Assembly (NCBI GenBank): GCA_900313235.1
Contig: OMQN01000001.1
Coordinates: 9,145-73,144 of the forward strand
DNA length: 64,000 bases
From: an uncultured Prevotellaceae bacterium
Lineage (GTDB): Bacteria > Bacteroidota > Bacteroidia > Bacteroidales > Bacteroidaceae
Direction of reading: 5' to 3'
Positions 18,705 through 27,670 of this stretch are shown in pieces. Every line of letters starts with the position of its first letter. Within the stretch, counting starts at the first letter, position 1. Position numbers and translations under genes: made by a program. The notes beneath the pieces are model-generated. The model saw only the letters and a list, made by a program, of their open reading frames with translations, did no database searches and was not told where the DNA came from.

Positions 18705-21523
18705 TATCTTATTGCAATCTTTTTACCGTCCATGATATAGATTCCCTTGGGCAATCCTGTGATGCCGTTGGTACTTACGCATTGTCCGCTGAGGCTGAAC
18801 ACCTTTCCGCTGGATTGTGCTACTGGTCTGAATGAGGTTTTGATGTCGGTTGTCTCCGACTCTGCCTTCTCCGTCTCTATGATTTCTCCGAAGAGCATGC
18901 TTATGCCCTTGGCATTGGTGCTACCGTCAGATACCTGTTGTTCTCCTGCAGTAGCCAGATCGATAAGTGCCTTGGAGAACTCTAAATAGCCAAGTCCATA
19001 CTTCAGTTTTACGGTCTTACCTTCACCGATAGGCGAGAGTACTCCTTGATAGAAGTAGTAGTTCTGCGCTCCTTCTGTGCTACCCCTCTGGGTGATTGAT
19101 GTCCGCTCGTTTACGTCGCCTTCTTCGTCGGGGTTATAGTATTCCACCACATCTGTCTGGTTCTCATTCCTTATGTTGAAGACGGGAGCCGTGGATATGA
19201 AGTACATGTAGGCGTTATCGTACGTAGCCTTCTCAGTGTCATCCAGCACGTAGTTGTTGTTTTCATCCTTCTGAATCTTAAAGTCAGTGAGAAGTTGGTT
19301 ATATTTATTGTTGTCGTCAGTGCTCAACTTATCCAAATATGTTTTAACATCATTATCCACTGATATGTTATATGTGAAGTTGTTTGAGCGGAACTTATAG
19401 CTCTTGAAGTCGCGCACATCGGCACGCAGGTCGCTCACCGTGAAGTCGCTCTCGTCTGTTGCCGTTCCATCTCGATATTTATTGTTCTTTTCTCCGTCGA
19501 GGTGGATGATGTAAGGATAGTTGGCACGCACGTTCTTTACCTTAAAACCATTCCAGCCGCTACTGCTGTTGTCGGCTTCTCTTTCGTAAGTTGTATTGTC
19601 TTTGCGGTCGTATATAGCATCCACAAAAGCGATGGTTGCAACGGTTGAGCCTTTTATGCCGATGGTGCTGTCACCGCTCTTGTTTGGCTCCAGTTTCTTG
19701 GTAACAGTAGAGCTACCGCCAATCTCACAAATCATGGCGTTCTTGCCGAAGGTGGCGTGGAATTGTTCTGGTGTGAGGTTATATGGCAGGGTGATGGGCT
19801 TCCAGTAGCTTGCGCTGAGGCTGTGGTTGAACTCTGCGTAGCCGCGAACGTATTTGGCAGTCTGCGAACCTACCAGTTCCACCTTGGTGATATTCTTGTC
19901 CGAGTCAAGTTTCATACCGTTCAGCGTTACATCGGAGAGCATTCCTTGCTTGGTACCATTGTCCGAGTCCCCGTCATTGTCTATTATATCATTATTCTTA
20001 GAATCATTAAAATAGGCGATTACATCGGACATCGGGAAGGTTGCAGTATAGCTGCCGTCGAACTTGATATGGTTGTAATATTCATTGTTTCCATCACGAC
20101 GGCGAGTGTAATAGGCGTGGCAGTTTTTTTCGTTTATAGTTACGGCATCGGTGTTGTCCATTGCTTTTAGGTAACTTCCATTACCGCCAGCCTCAGAGAA
20201 TGTCACCCTGACGATGTTGTTCTTTGTGTTGTCGATGGAGCGTCCGAAATTGCCATTGCCATCGCCTGCCTTTCGGAAGTAATCGCCAGGAACAGTGGCT
20301 GTAGTGTCTGCGGTTTGACTATATGTACTAACAACCTCTCCGTCCGTCCATGCCTCGCAGCTCTCGTTTGCGGTAATCACGTATGCTCCTGCGAATGTGT
20401 ATCCGATGCCGTTCACGCGAAGTCCGTCATCTATAGTAGAGCTATTGAGCATAGTTTTCAACGCATCGTTGATGGTGATGTCGATGTATTTCCAGTCGGC
20501 AATGCTGAACTTATCAGCACCAGTCATTATCTCATGCCAGTCGCTACCCGTTTTCAGACAAGCGTAGGAAGCAACGGAGGTTCCTCTGAGAAGTATGCGC
20601 AGAACGTTGCCAGCAGTTACGTTGTTACCCTTGATAACAACGCCGCGAGCACTCCAGTTGTTCATGGTCTCGTTACCCTCATAATTCAGTTCGGAATATG
20701 TAACACCTTTGTGGATTAGGTAGTTTTGCTCCTCCTCGGATGGAGCAGTATAATATACACTCGATATGGTAAAGTTCTTTCCCTGAATCTGGATATTCTC
20801 GTTTTTCTCAATGTGTGTGGTATAGTCGCTTGGAACGGTGAAGGTGAAATAGTCATTGAAGTTTTTTTCGCCACCATGATCTTGTTCAGAATATCCTCCG
20901 TGTGTGATGTAGGTGCCATTAGAATATTGTATCTTTATCTGTGCGTCGGTTCCCTTATCGCATACAACAGTAATCTTTCCGCCAGCGGTTACCGTTGTAC
21001 TTGATGACGGAGTGATATTAACCGTCTTATCCCAGTTATCGCTATTCATTGCCACATCCCCGTATTGTCCCCACCAGTCGGTCTTATTTGCAGAGTATTG
21101 ATAACCGCCGACAGGCGCATCAACGGTTTCGCCGTCTCTTATTATCGTTATGCGATACAAATTATAATACTGACCTTTTATATAAAAATCATTTTCTTTA
21201 AACCAGGATGCTTTGTTGTTTGTAGTATTTGTAGTATAGGTGTAGGTACTGGTGAAATTATCTGCTTCCACAAGCTTGTCGCCAACATTTGTTCCCGTGC
21301 CATGAGCTATCTGAATCTGCGCACCAGTTTTTGTCTCGTAGGCATAGAACTTCACCTTGTCGCCATCCTGAAGGTAGGCAAACAAGTCCTTGGATACTTC
21401 CAGCTTTTGTGTCCAACTACCACCTGAGCAGTCGAAGTATCCTTGCCATACCGTTTTCTCCCATGCTAAAACGTTCAGTGTTCCCATCAATGCCACGATG
21501 GACAATAGAAATAATCTCTTCAT
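18704..21523 (-). CDS. 939-aa T9SS-secreted protein of unknown function with repeated N-terminal beta-rich modules
   Basis: Signal peptide MKRLFLLSIVALMGTLNVLA; WKPITLPYNL...ANYPYII region; C-terminal VFSLSGQCV...LPKGIYIMDGKKIAIR tail; promoter box TACCTTTG at 21587-21594 (minus). Confidence 0.8.
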   Translation of the reverse strand: MKRLFLLSIVALMGTLNVLAWEKTVWQGYFDCSGGSWTQKLEVSKDLFAYLQDGDKVKFYAYETKTGAQIQIAHGTGTNVGDKLVEADNFTSTYTYTTNTTNNKASWFKENDFYIKGQYYNLYRITIIRDGETVDAPVGGYQYSANKTDWWGQYGDVAMNSDNWDKTVNITPSSSTTVTAGGKITVVCDKGTDAQIKIQYSNGTYITHGGYSEQDHGGEKNFNDYFTFTVPSDYTTHIEKNENIQIQGKNFTISSVYYTAPSEEEQNYLIHKGVTYSELNYEGNETMNNWSARGVVIKGNNVTAGNVLRILLRGTSVASYACLKTGSDWHEIMTGADKFSIADWKYIDITINDALKTMLNSSTIDDGLRVNGIGYTFAGAYVITANESCEAWTDGEVVSTYSQTADTTATVPGDYFRKAGDGNGNFGRSIDNTKNNIVRVTFSEAGGNGSYLKAMDNTDAVTINEKNCHAYYTRRRDGNNEYYNHIKFDGSYTATFPMSDVIAYFNDSKNNDIIDNDGDSDNGTKQGMLSDVTLNGMKLDSDKNITKVELVGSQTAKYVRGYAEFNHSLSASYWKPITLPYNLTPEQFHATFGKNAMICEIGGSSTVTKKLEPNKSGDSTIGIKGSTVATIAFVDAIYDRKDNTTYEREADNSSSGWNGFKVKNVRANYPYIIHLDGEKNNKYRDGTATDESDFTVSDLRADVRDFKSYKFRSNNFTYNISVDNDVKTYLDKLSTDDNNKYNQLLTDFKIQKDENNNYVLDDTEKATYDNAYMYFISTAPVFNIRNENQTDVVEYYNPDEEGDVNERTSITQRGSTEGAQNYYFYQGVLSPIGEGKTVKLKYGLGYLEFSKALIDLATAGEQQVSDGSTNAKGISMLFGEIIETEKAESETTDIKTSFRPVAQSSGKVFSLSGQCVSTNGITGLPKGIYIMDGKKIAIR

Positions 21524-21764
21524 AAGGTAATTACAAAATGTTAGTATTGTGTATTATTAGTTGTCTGTTTATTGCTAAGTGCGATGCAAAGGTATGTATT
21601 TTTAGTAAATAGATGAAGAAAAAATAGATAAAAATGGATATGTAGTACGAATGGTACCCCCGATTGCGACAAAACGAACATATGGAAATGTTGTAATAGT
21701 GGGTAATTCCCTTTTTAATTGTTAATTATCTGTGGCCGATGGCGAATTATCAAAGGAAAAGTAG

Positions 21765-21772
21765 TACTTTTG
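21765..21772 (+). promoter_or_regulatory. -7 promoter element (TACTTTTG) of the dapB-lepB operon
   Basis: TAnnTTTG 22 nt before the ATG. Confidence 0.6.
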
Positions 21773-21794
21773 CGGCGATTTAAATACAGAGATT

Positions 21795-22508
21795 ATGAAA
21801 ATAGCATTGATAGGCTACGGCAAGATGGGCAAGATGATAGAGAAGATTGCCCGCGAAAGAGGTCATGAGATAGTGAGCATCATCGACATTGACAACCAAG
21901 AAGACTTTGAAAGCGAGGCATTTGCATCGGCTGACGTGGCAATAGAGTTCACTGCTCCGCAGGCTGCCTACGGCAACTACCTCAGGGCGTTCCAGAAGAA
22001 CGTGAAGGTGGTGAGCGGCTCTACGGGATGGATGAAGGACCACGGCGACGACGTGAAGCGTATGTGCGAGGAGGGACAAACGCTGTTCTGGGCTTCCAAC
22101 TTCTCTATCGGAGTAGCGATATTCTCGGCAGTAAACCGATACCTGGCAAAGATCATGAACCAGTTTCCACAATACGACGTGGAGATGGAGGAGACCCATC
22201 ATGTGCATAAGCTCGACCATCCCAGCGGAACAGCCATCACACTGGCTGAACAGATAGTGGAGAACATCGACCGCAAGGAGGCTTGGGCTGAGGATACTAC
22301 CGACCCCAAGATGTTGCGCATAGACCATATACGCCGAGGAGAAGTGGCAGGAATACATACCATACGCTACGACTCGCCTGCCGACATTATCACCATCACC
22401 CACGACGCCCACTCGCGTCAGGGCTTTGCACTGGGTGCGGTGCTCGCAGCAGAGTACACTAACGACCATTCGGGACTGCTCACCATAAGTGATATGTTTA
22501 AGTTCTAA
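21795..22508 (+). CDS. dapB: 4-hydroxy-tetrahydrodipicolinate reductase
   Basis: IGYGKMGK, VSGSTGW, ASNFSIG and ETHHVHKLDHPSGTA. Confidence 0.95.
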   Translation: MKIALIGYGKMGKMIEKIARERGHEIVSIIDIDNQEDFESEAFASADVAIEFTAPQAAYGNYLRAFQKNVKVVSGSTGWMKDHGDDVKRMCEEGQTLFWASNFSIGVAIFSAVNRYLAKIMNQFPQYDVEMEETHHVHKLDHPSGTAITLAEQIVENIDRKEAWAEDTTDPKMLRIDHIRRGEVAGIHTIRYDSPADIITITHDAHSRQGFALGAVLAAEYTNDHSGLLTISDMFKF

Positions 22509-22514
22509 AAAAAG

Positions 22515-24047
22515 ATGATTGATAAAGAAAAAGCAAAACTTAACCCCAAATGGCAGTGGACCAAGTTCGTCTTCGTCCTCGTATGCTACCTGCTGTTCCT
22601 CTACTGGGTGAAAAGCTGGTGGGGACTGCTGGTGATACCATTCATATACGATGTATATATCACCAAGAAAATAAAATGGCAATGGTGGAAGGATGCCGAG
22701 AGACCCGTGCGTTTCGTGATGTCATGGATTGACGCTCTGGTGTTTGCTCTCGTAGCAGTATACTTCATCAACCTGTTCTTCTTCCAGAACTACGTCATTC
22801 CGTCGAGCTCGCTCGAGAAGTCTCTGCTCACGGGCGACTACCTGTTCGTGTCAAAGGTGAGCTATGGTCCGCGCATACCACAGACTCCACTCACCATGCC
22901 ACTGACCCAACACACCATGCCACTCTTCAACTGCAAGTCGTATATCGAATGGCCACAGTGGGACTACCGACGTGTGAAGGGATTGGGCAAGGTGGAACTC
23001 AACGACATCGTGGTGTTCAACTACCCTGCCGGCGACACCATCCTTACTGCTGACCGCTATCAGGCTCAAGACTATTATAAACAGGTATATGACATAGGTG
23101 AGGCCCTGTACGGACAACAACACCCGGAAATCAATCTCTCGGAGATGACCATCGAAGAGCAGCGTGAATTCTATACATCGGCATATTCCATAGGAAGAAA
23201 ATATATCATGGATGACCAGGCGGAGTTTGGTGTAATAGACTCAAGACCCACCGACCGCCGGGAAAACTATGTGAAACGATGTGTGGGACTGCCAGGACAG
23301 ACTCTGCAGATAAAAGAAAAGATAGTATATCTGGACGGCAAAGCCAACAAGGAGCCCGACAACGTTCAGTACACATACTTCGTAAAATTGAAAAACACGT
23401 CGGCAAGCGAATTGTTCGGGGCTAAATACGACGACCTGCGCAAGGAACTGGGCATCAGCGAGGAGGACGTGACGAGCCTGTCACGACTGCACGGATACGA
23501 CTTGGAACAAGGCAACATTCTCAACCCCACCATACTACAGCAGTTTGACGGCTACATGCCGCTCACCAAGAGGGCTGCCGCAGAGCTTAAGAAGAGAGGC
23601 GTAGTGTCAGCCATACGCATGGTGACCGACAAAGACCTGTTCTCCGACTTCGTCTATCCGCTCAATGCCTTCACAGGATGGACCCGCGACAACTTCGGTC
23701 CGCTGTGGATTCCCAAGAAGGGAGCATCTGTCAAGCTGACATTGGAGAACCTGCCAGCATACGAACGACCCATACGAGTATATGAGGGCAATGACCTGCA
23801 GGTGAAGAACGGAAAGATATTCATCAATGGTAAGCAGACCAACGAATACACATTCAAGCTGGACTACTACTGGATGATGGGCGACAACAGGCACAACTCT
23901 GCCGACTCACGCTACTGGGGCTTCGTACCCGAAGACCACATCGTAGGCAAACCGCTGTTCATCTGGTGGTCGTCTGACCCCGACCGCGGTGGACTGGGAG
24001 GTGTGCGCTGGAGCCGACTCTTCTCCTGGGTGGACAATATCAAGTGA
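22515..24047 (+). CDS. lepB: signal peptidase I
   Basis: IPSSSLEKSL (Ser), YVKRCVGLPG (Lys) and MMGDNRHNSADSRYWG. Confidence 0.95.
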   Translation: MIDKEKAKLNPKWQWTKFVFVLVCYLLFLYWVKSWWGLLVIPFIYDVYITKKIKWQWWKDAERPVRFVMSWIDALVFALVAVYFINLFFFQNYVIPSSSLEKSLLTGDYLFVSKVSYGPRIPQTPLTMPLTQHTMPLFNCKSYIEWPQWDYRRVKGLGKVELNDIVVFNYPAGDTILTADRYQAQDYYKQVYDIGEALYGQQHPEINLSEMTIEEQREFYTSAYSIGRKYIMDDQAEFGVIDSRPTDRRENYVKRCVGLPGQTLQIKEKIVYLDGKANKEPDNVQYTYFVKLKNTSASELFGAKYDDLRKELGISEEDVTSLSRLHGYDLEQGNILNPTILQQFDGYMPLTKRAAAELKKRGVVSAIRMVTDKDLFSDFVYPLNAFTGWTRDNFGPLWIPKKGASVKLTLENLPAYERPIRVYEGNDLQVKNGKIFINGKQTNEYTFKLDYYWMMGDNRHNSADSRYWGFVPEDHIVGKPLFIWWSSDPDRGGLGGVRWSRLFSWVDNIK

Positions 24048-24601
24048 GGAATATGCTCCTGAGTACGACATATTTCGGTCCTATACAGTGGTATCAGAAG
24101 GTGAACAGGGCTGAGAGGGTGTGGATAGAAGCCCATGAGTCGTTCATCAAACAGACCTATCGCAACCGATGTGTCATAGCCACTACCAACGGTACGCAGA
24201 TACTCTCGGTACCAGTAAATCACGACGAGGGCAGAGGAATACGCCAGATACGTATCTCAAACCATGGCAACTGGCGACACCTGCACTGGAACGCACTGGC
24301 ATCAGCCTACGGCAAGAGCCCCTTCTTCGACTACTACGAGGATGACCTGCGCCCGTTTTTCGAACAGGAATGGGAATACCTGTTCGACTTCAACCTCGCC
24401 ATCATACACAAGATGCTTGAGTTGCTGGATGTGAGAAGGGATATAATGCTCACTGAGGAATACAGTCCATCATCATCGCCTGATGACTTCCATCCACAAC
24501 GCTACTGGCAGGTATACCAGCAGAAGCACGGATTTATTCCGAATCTGAGTATCCTCGACCTGCTATTCAACATGGGAAATGAAGCAATATACTACTTGTA
24601 A
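24044..24601 (+). CDS. WbqC family protein
   Basis: KQTYRNRC, AYGKSPFF and PNLSILDLLFN motifs; follows lepB. Confidence 0.85.
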   Translation: MRNMLLSTTYFGPIQWYQKVNRAERVWIEAHESFIKQTYRNRCVIATTNGTQILSVPVNHDEGRGIRQIRISNHGNWRHLHWNALASAYGKSPFFDYYEDDLRPFFEQEWEYLFDFNLAIIHKMLELLDVRRDIMLTEEYSPSSSPDDFHPQRYWQVYQQKHGFIPNLSILDLLFNMGNEAIYYL

Positions 24602-24664
24602 GAAAGACAAAAGAATACTTTCAGTCAAACAACAGACTACGTTTAGGAAAGAAACAAACCACTT

Positions 24665-25636
24665 ATGAGAAAAGTAATAGGCATAGGAGAAACGGTACTG
24701 GACATCATCTTCAGGGATGACAGCCCGATAGCCGCCTTACCTGGGGGGTCAACGTATAATGCGATGATCTCATTAGGTCGCTCTGGCGTGGATTGTACAT
24801 TCATCAGCGAGGTGGGCGACGACCGTGTGGGCGACCGCATCGTGAAGTTTCTGCAAGAGAATGGTGTCGACAGCCAATGCGTATGCCGCTTTAGAGGTAC
24901 CAAGTCACCACTTTCATTGGCATTCCTCAATGACAAAAACGATGCCGAATACATCTTCTACAAAGACCATCCCAACGACCAACTCGATTTTGAATATCCA
25001 CAGATTTCGCCCGATGACATCGTACTTTTTGGCTCTTTCTATGCTGTCAACCCAGTGATACGCCATCAGGTGAGCGAACTACTCAGACGAGCACGTCAGG
25101 CAGGTGCGATAATATACTATGACGTCAACTTCCGTCCCTCACACCAGAACGAGGTGGTGAAGATAAGACCACAGCTCTTAGAGAACTTTGAATATGCCGA
25201 CATCGTCAGGGGAAGCAACGAGGACTTCCACGTTCTCTTTGGTAAAGACAGTGCCGACGAGGTATACAACGACGAACTGGCTTTCTACTGCAAGACACTC
25301 ATATACACTCAGGGGGCAGACCCCGTGGAAGTGAGATGGTGCAAGAACAATAGTACGCGCCGGCAGGAAGACGACTCTACATCAAGCCAACAATTCCCAG
25401 TAGCCAGCACAAACACCGTGAGCACCATCGGCGCTGGCGACAACTTTAATGCTGGCTTCATCTTCGGACTGATAAGCGAAGGCATAAGCCGACACGACAT
25501 AGAGCAGGGACTGTCTGCCCAGCAGTGGAGCCGCCTCATCAAGTCAGCACAAGCCTTCTCTGCCGACTGCTGCAAGGACATATACAACTATGTGTCAGTG
25601 GAGTTCGGAAAAGAACGGAGAGAACAGACAAAATAA
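24665..25636 (+). CDS. PfkB family carbohydrate kinase (fructokinase-like)
   Basis: PGGSTYN, DVNFRP and STIGAGDNFNAG. Confidence 0.88.
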   Translation: MRKVIGIGETVLDIIFRDDSPIAALPGGSTYNAMISLGRSGVDCTFISEVGDDRVGDRIVKFLQENGVDSQCVCRFRGTKSPLSLAFLNDKNDAEYIFYKDHPNDQLDFEYPQISPDDIVLFGSFYAVNPVIRHQVSELLRRARQAGAIIYYDVNFRPSHQNEVVKIRPQLLENFEYADIVRGSNEDFHVLFGKDSADEVYNDELAFYCKTLIYTQGADPVEVRWCKNNSTRRQEDDSTSSQQFPVASTNTVSTIGAGDNFNAGFIFGLISEGISRHDIEQGLSAQQWSRLIKSAQAFSADCCKDIYNYVSVEFGKERREQTK

Positions 25637-25711
25637 CGGAATAACTATATTACGAAATATCGAGGTTTCGAGAAAACGACATAAAGACATAAAGACAAAA
25701 CAACAATAACT

Positions 25712-26911
25712 ATGATTGAGATTAAAAACAAAGTCTACTATGTAGGCGTCAACGACCGCAACAAGTCATTGTTTGAGGGACTATGGCCCCTCCCCAACGG
25801 AGTATCCTACAACTCATATCTTATTGACGACGACAAGGTGGTGCTCGTTGACACCGTCGAGGTGGACTTCTTCACACAGTTTATCGAGAACATCAAGGAG
25901 GTGATTGGTGAGCGACCAATAGACTACCTCGTAGTTAACCACATGGAACCCGACCATAGCGGCTCTATTGCCCTACTCCAGAAGTACTATCCCGACATCA
26001 AGATAATAGGCAACAAGAAGACGTTCGGCATGCTCGAAGGATTTTACGGATTGACGGAGAACCTCGTAGAGGTAAAAAACGGCGATTTCATCGAAACAGG
26101 CAGCCACACGCTGACCTTCGTTCTCACGCCGATGGTACACTGGCCAGAGACGATGGTGACACTCGACACTACCGACAACATACTCTTCTCGGGCGATGCC
26201 TTCGGATGTTTTGGTGCACTTAATGGTGGTATCATCGACGAAGAGATCAATTGTGACACGTTCTGGCTCGAGATGGTACGATATTACAGCAATATCGTAG
26301 GCAAATATGGTGTGCCTGTACAGAATGCGCTGAAGAAACTCGCAGGCGTACAGATAGACTATATCTGTGCCACCCACGGTCCAGTATGGCATCAGTATAT
26401 CAGCAAGGTGATAGACATGTACGACCGTATGTCGCGCTATGAGACCGAGGAAGGGCTCGTCATCTGCTACGGTACCATGTATGGCAACACCGAGCGGATG
26501 GCAGAACAGATAGCCCGTGCCGCATCACAGGCAGGTATCAAGAATATTGTCATGTATAATGTATCAAAGACCCACCACTCGTATATCATCCGCGACGTGT
26601 TCCGCTACAAGGGACTTATCGTTGGTGCTCCTACGTATAATGCCGGACTCTATCACGAGATGGACGTTCTGCTCAACGAGCTTGCCAACAAGGACATTAA
26701 GAACCACCTGATAGGATGGTTTGGCTCACACTGCTGGGCAAGCAAGGCTGTGGCAGAGATACAAAAGCTCAACGACGAACGGCTGAAATTTGAGCCCGTA
26801 GGTACGCCTGTGGATATGAAGCAGGCTCTCACGGCAGAGACCAAGGAGCAGTGTGCCGCCCTGGGCAAGGCTATGGCAATGAAACTGAAAGAAGGCCTTA
26901 TTGAGGGCTAA
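25712..26911 (+). CDS. fprA: FprA family A-type flavoprotein (flavodiiron protein)
   Basis: NHMEPDHSG, VHWPE, FSGDAFG, HGP and flavodoxin TMYGNTE. Confidence 0.9.
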   Translation: MIEIKNKVYYVGVNDRNKSLFEGLWPLPNGVSYNSYLIDDDKVVLVDTVEVDFFTQFIENIKEVIGERPIDYLVVNHMEPDHSGSIALLQKYYPDIKIIGNKKTFGMLEGFYGLTENLVEVKNGDFIETGSHTLTFVLTPMVHWPETMVTLDTTDNILFSGDAFGCFGALNGGIIDEEINCDTFWLEMVRYYSNIVGKYGVPVQNALKKLAGVQIDYICATHGPVWHQYISKVIDMYDRMSRYETEEGLVICYGTMYGNTERMAEQIARAASQAGIKNIVMYNVSKTHHSYIIRDVFRYKGLIVGAPTYNAGLYHEMDVLLNELANKDIKNHLIGWFGSHCWASKAVAEIQKLNDERLKFEPVGTPVDMKQALTAETKEQCAALGKAMAMKLKEGLIEG

Positions 26912-26928
26912 CTCCTATCGTTTTACAT

Positions 26929-27010
26929 CGCAAAAAGGCTCTTTTAGGACGCAAAAAAGGCCTTTTTGAGACGCAAGGAGACCTTTTTAGAACACAAGGA
27001 GGTCGTTATT
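26929..27010. repeat. degenerate 21-22 bp tandem repeat (about 4 units) in a convergent intergenic region
   Basis: cgcaaaaaggctcttttagga / cgcaaaaaaggcctttttgaga / cgcaaggagacctttttagaa / cacaaggaggtcgttatt. Confidence 0.65.
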
Positions 27011-27043
27011 ACAGGAAAGCAAAGAGCTGAGAGGTTGTTTCTC

Positions 27044-27583
27044 TCAGCTCTCTTTTTGTATGATCTCCTTGATATCGTCTAACGTGTTGGCAACCAGCAG
27101 GTGTTGTCTCAGGCCGTCTCTTATCACTCCCCTGCCCTCCAGGTCGTCTATCATGGCGAGCAATGAGTTCCAGAAGCCTTTCATATTATAGAGTATCACC
27201 TTTTTCTGGTGATAGCCAATGGATGATGCTGCCAATACGGTGAACACCTCGTCGAGTGTGCCTATGCCTCCTGGCAGGGCTATGTTGATGTCGCTCTGCG
27301 CCACCATCAGCGACTTTCGGTCGTCGAGGTTGTCGCAGGGGATGTGTATGTCCACGTAGTCAGACTTCCGTCCTCTATGCTCCACTATCAGTGGTATGAC
27401 GCCGATAGTTCTTCCACCAGCATCATGAGCAGATTTCGCCACGCACTCCATCAGTCCCATGTCGCATCCTCCGAACACCACCGTGTGTCCATTTTCACCA
27501 AGCCATCGGCCTAATTCCTCCGTCTTCTTGAAGAAGTCAGGGTCGATATTGCTGTTGGCTGAACAATAAATAGCTACTTTCAT
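27044..27583 (-). CDS. TIGR00730 / LOG family Rossmann-fold protein
   Basis: GG..GLM, RK and ALPGGIGTLDE motifs. Confidence 0.88.
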   Translation of the reverse strand: MKVAIYCSANSNIDPDFFKKTEELGRWLGENGHTVVFGGCDMGLMECVAKSAHDAGGRTIGVIPLIVEHRGRKSDYVDIHIPCDNLDDRKSLMVAQSDINIALPGGIGTLDEVFTVLAASSIGYHQKKVILYNMKGFWNSLLAMIDDLEGRGVIRDGLRQHLLVANTLDDIKEIIQKES

Positions 27584-27670
27584 GGGGGCAAAGATAGTGA
27601 ATAGTCAGGAAAAAGCATTACCTTTGCACCCGAAATAATTTCATTTACACATTATTATATTTAAGTTATC

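Noticed and set aside
26929-27010. Possible mini-CRISPR
   Set aside because: Units are contiguous with no spacers and are degenerate
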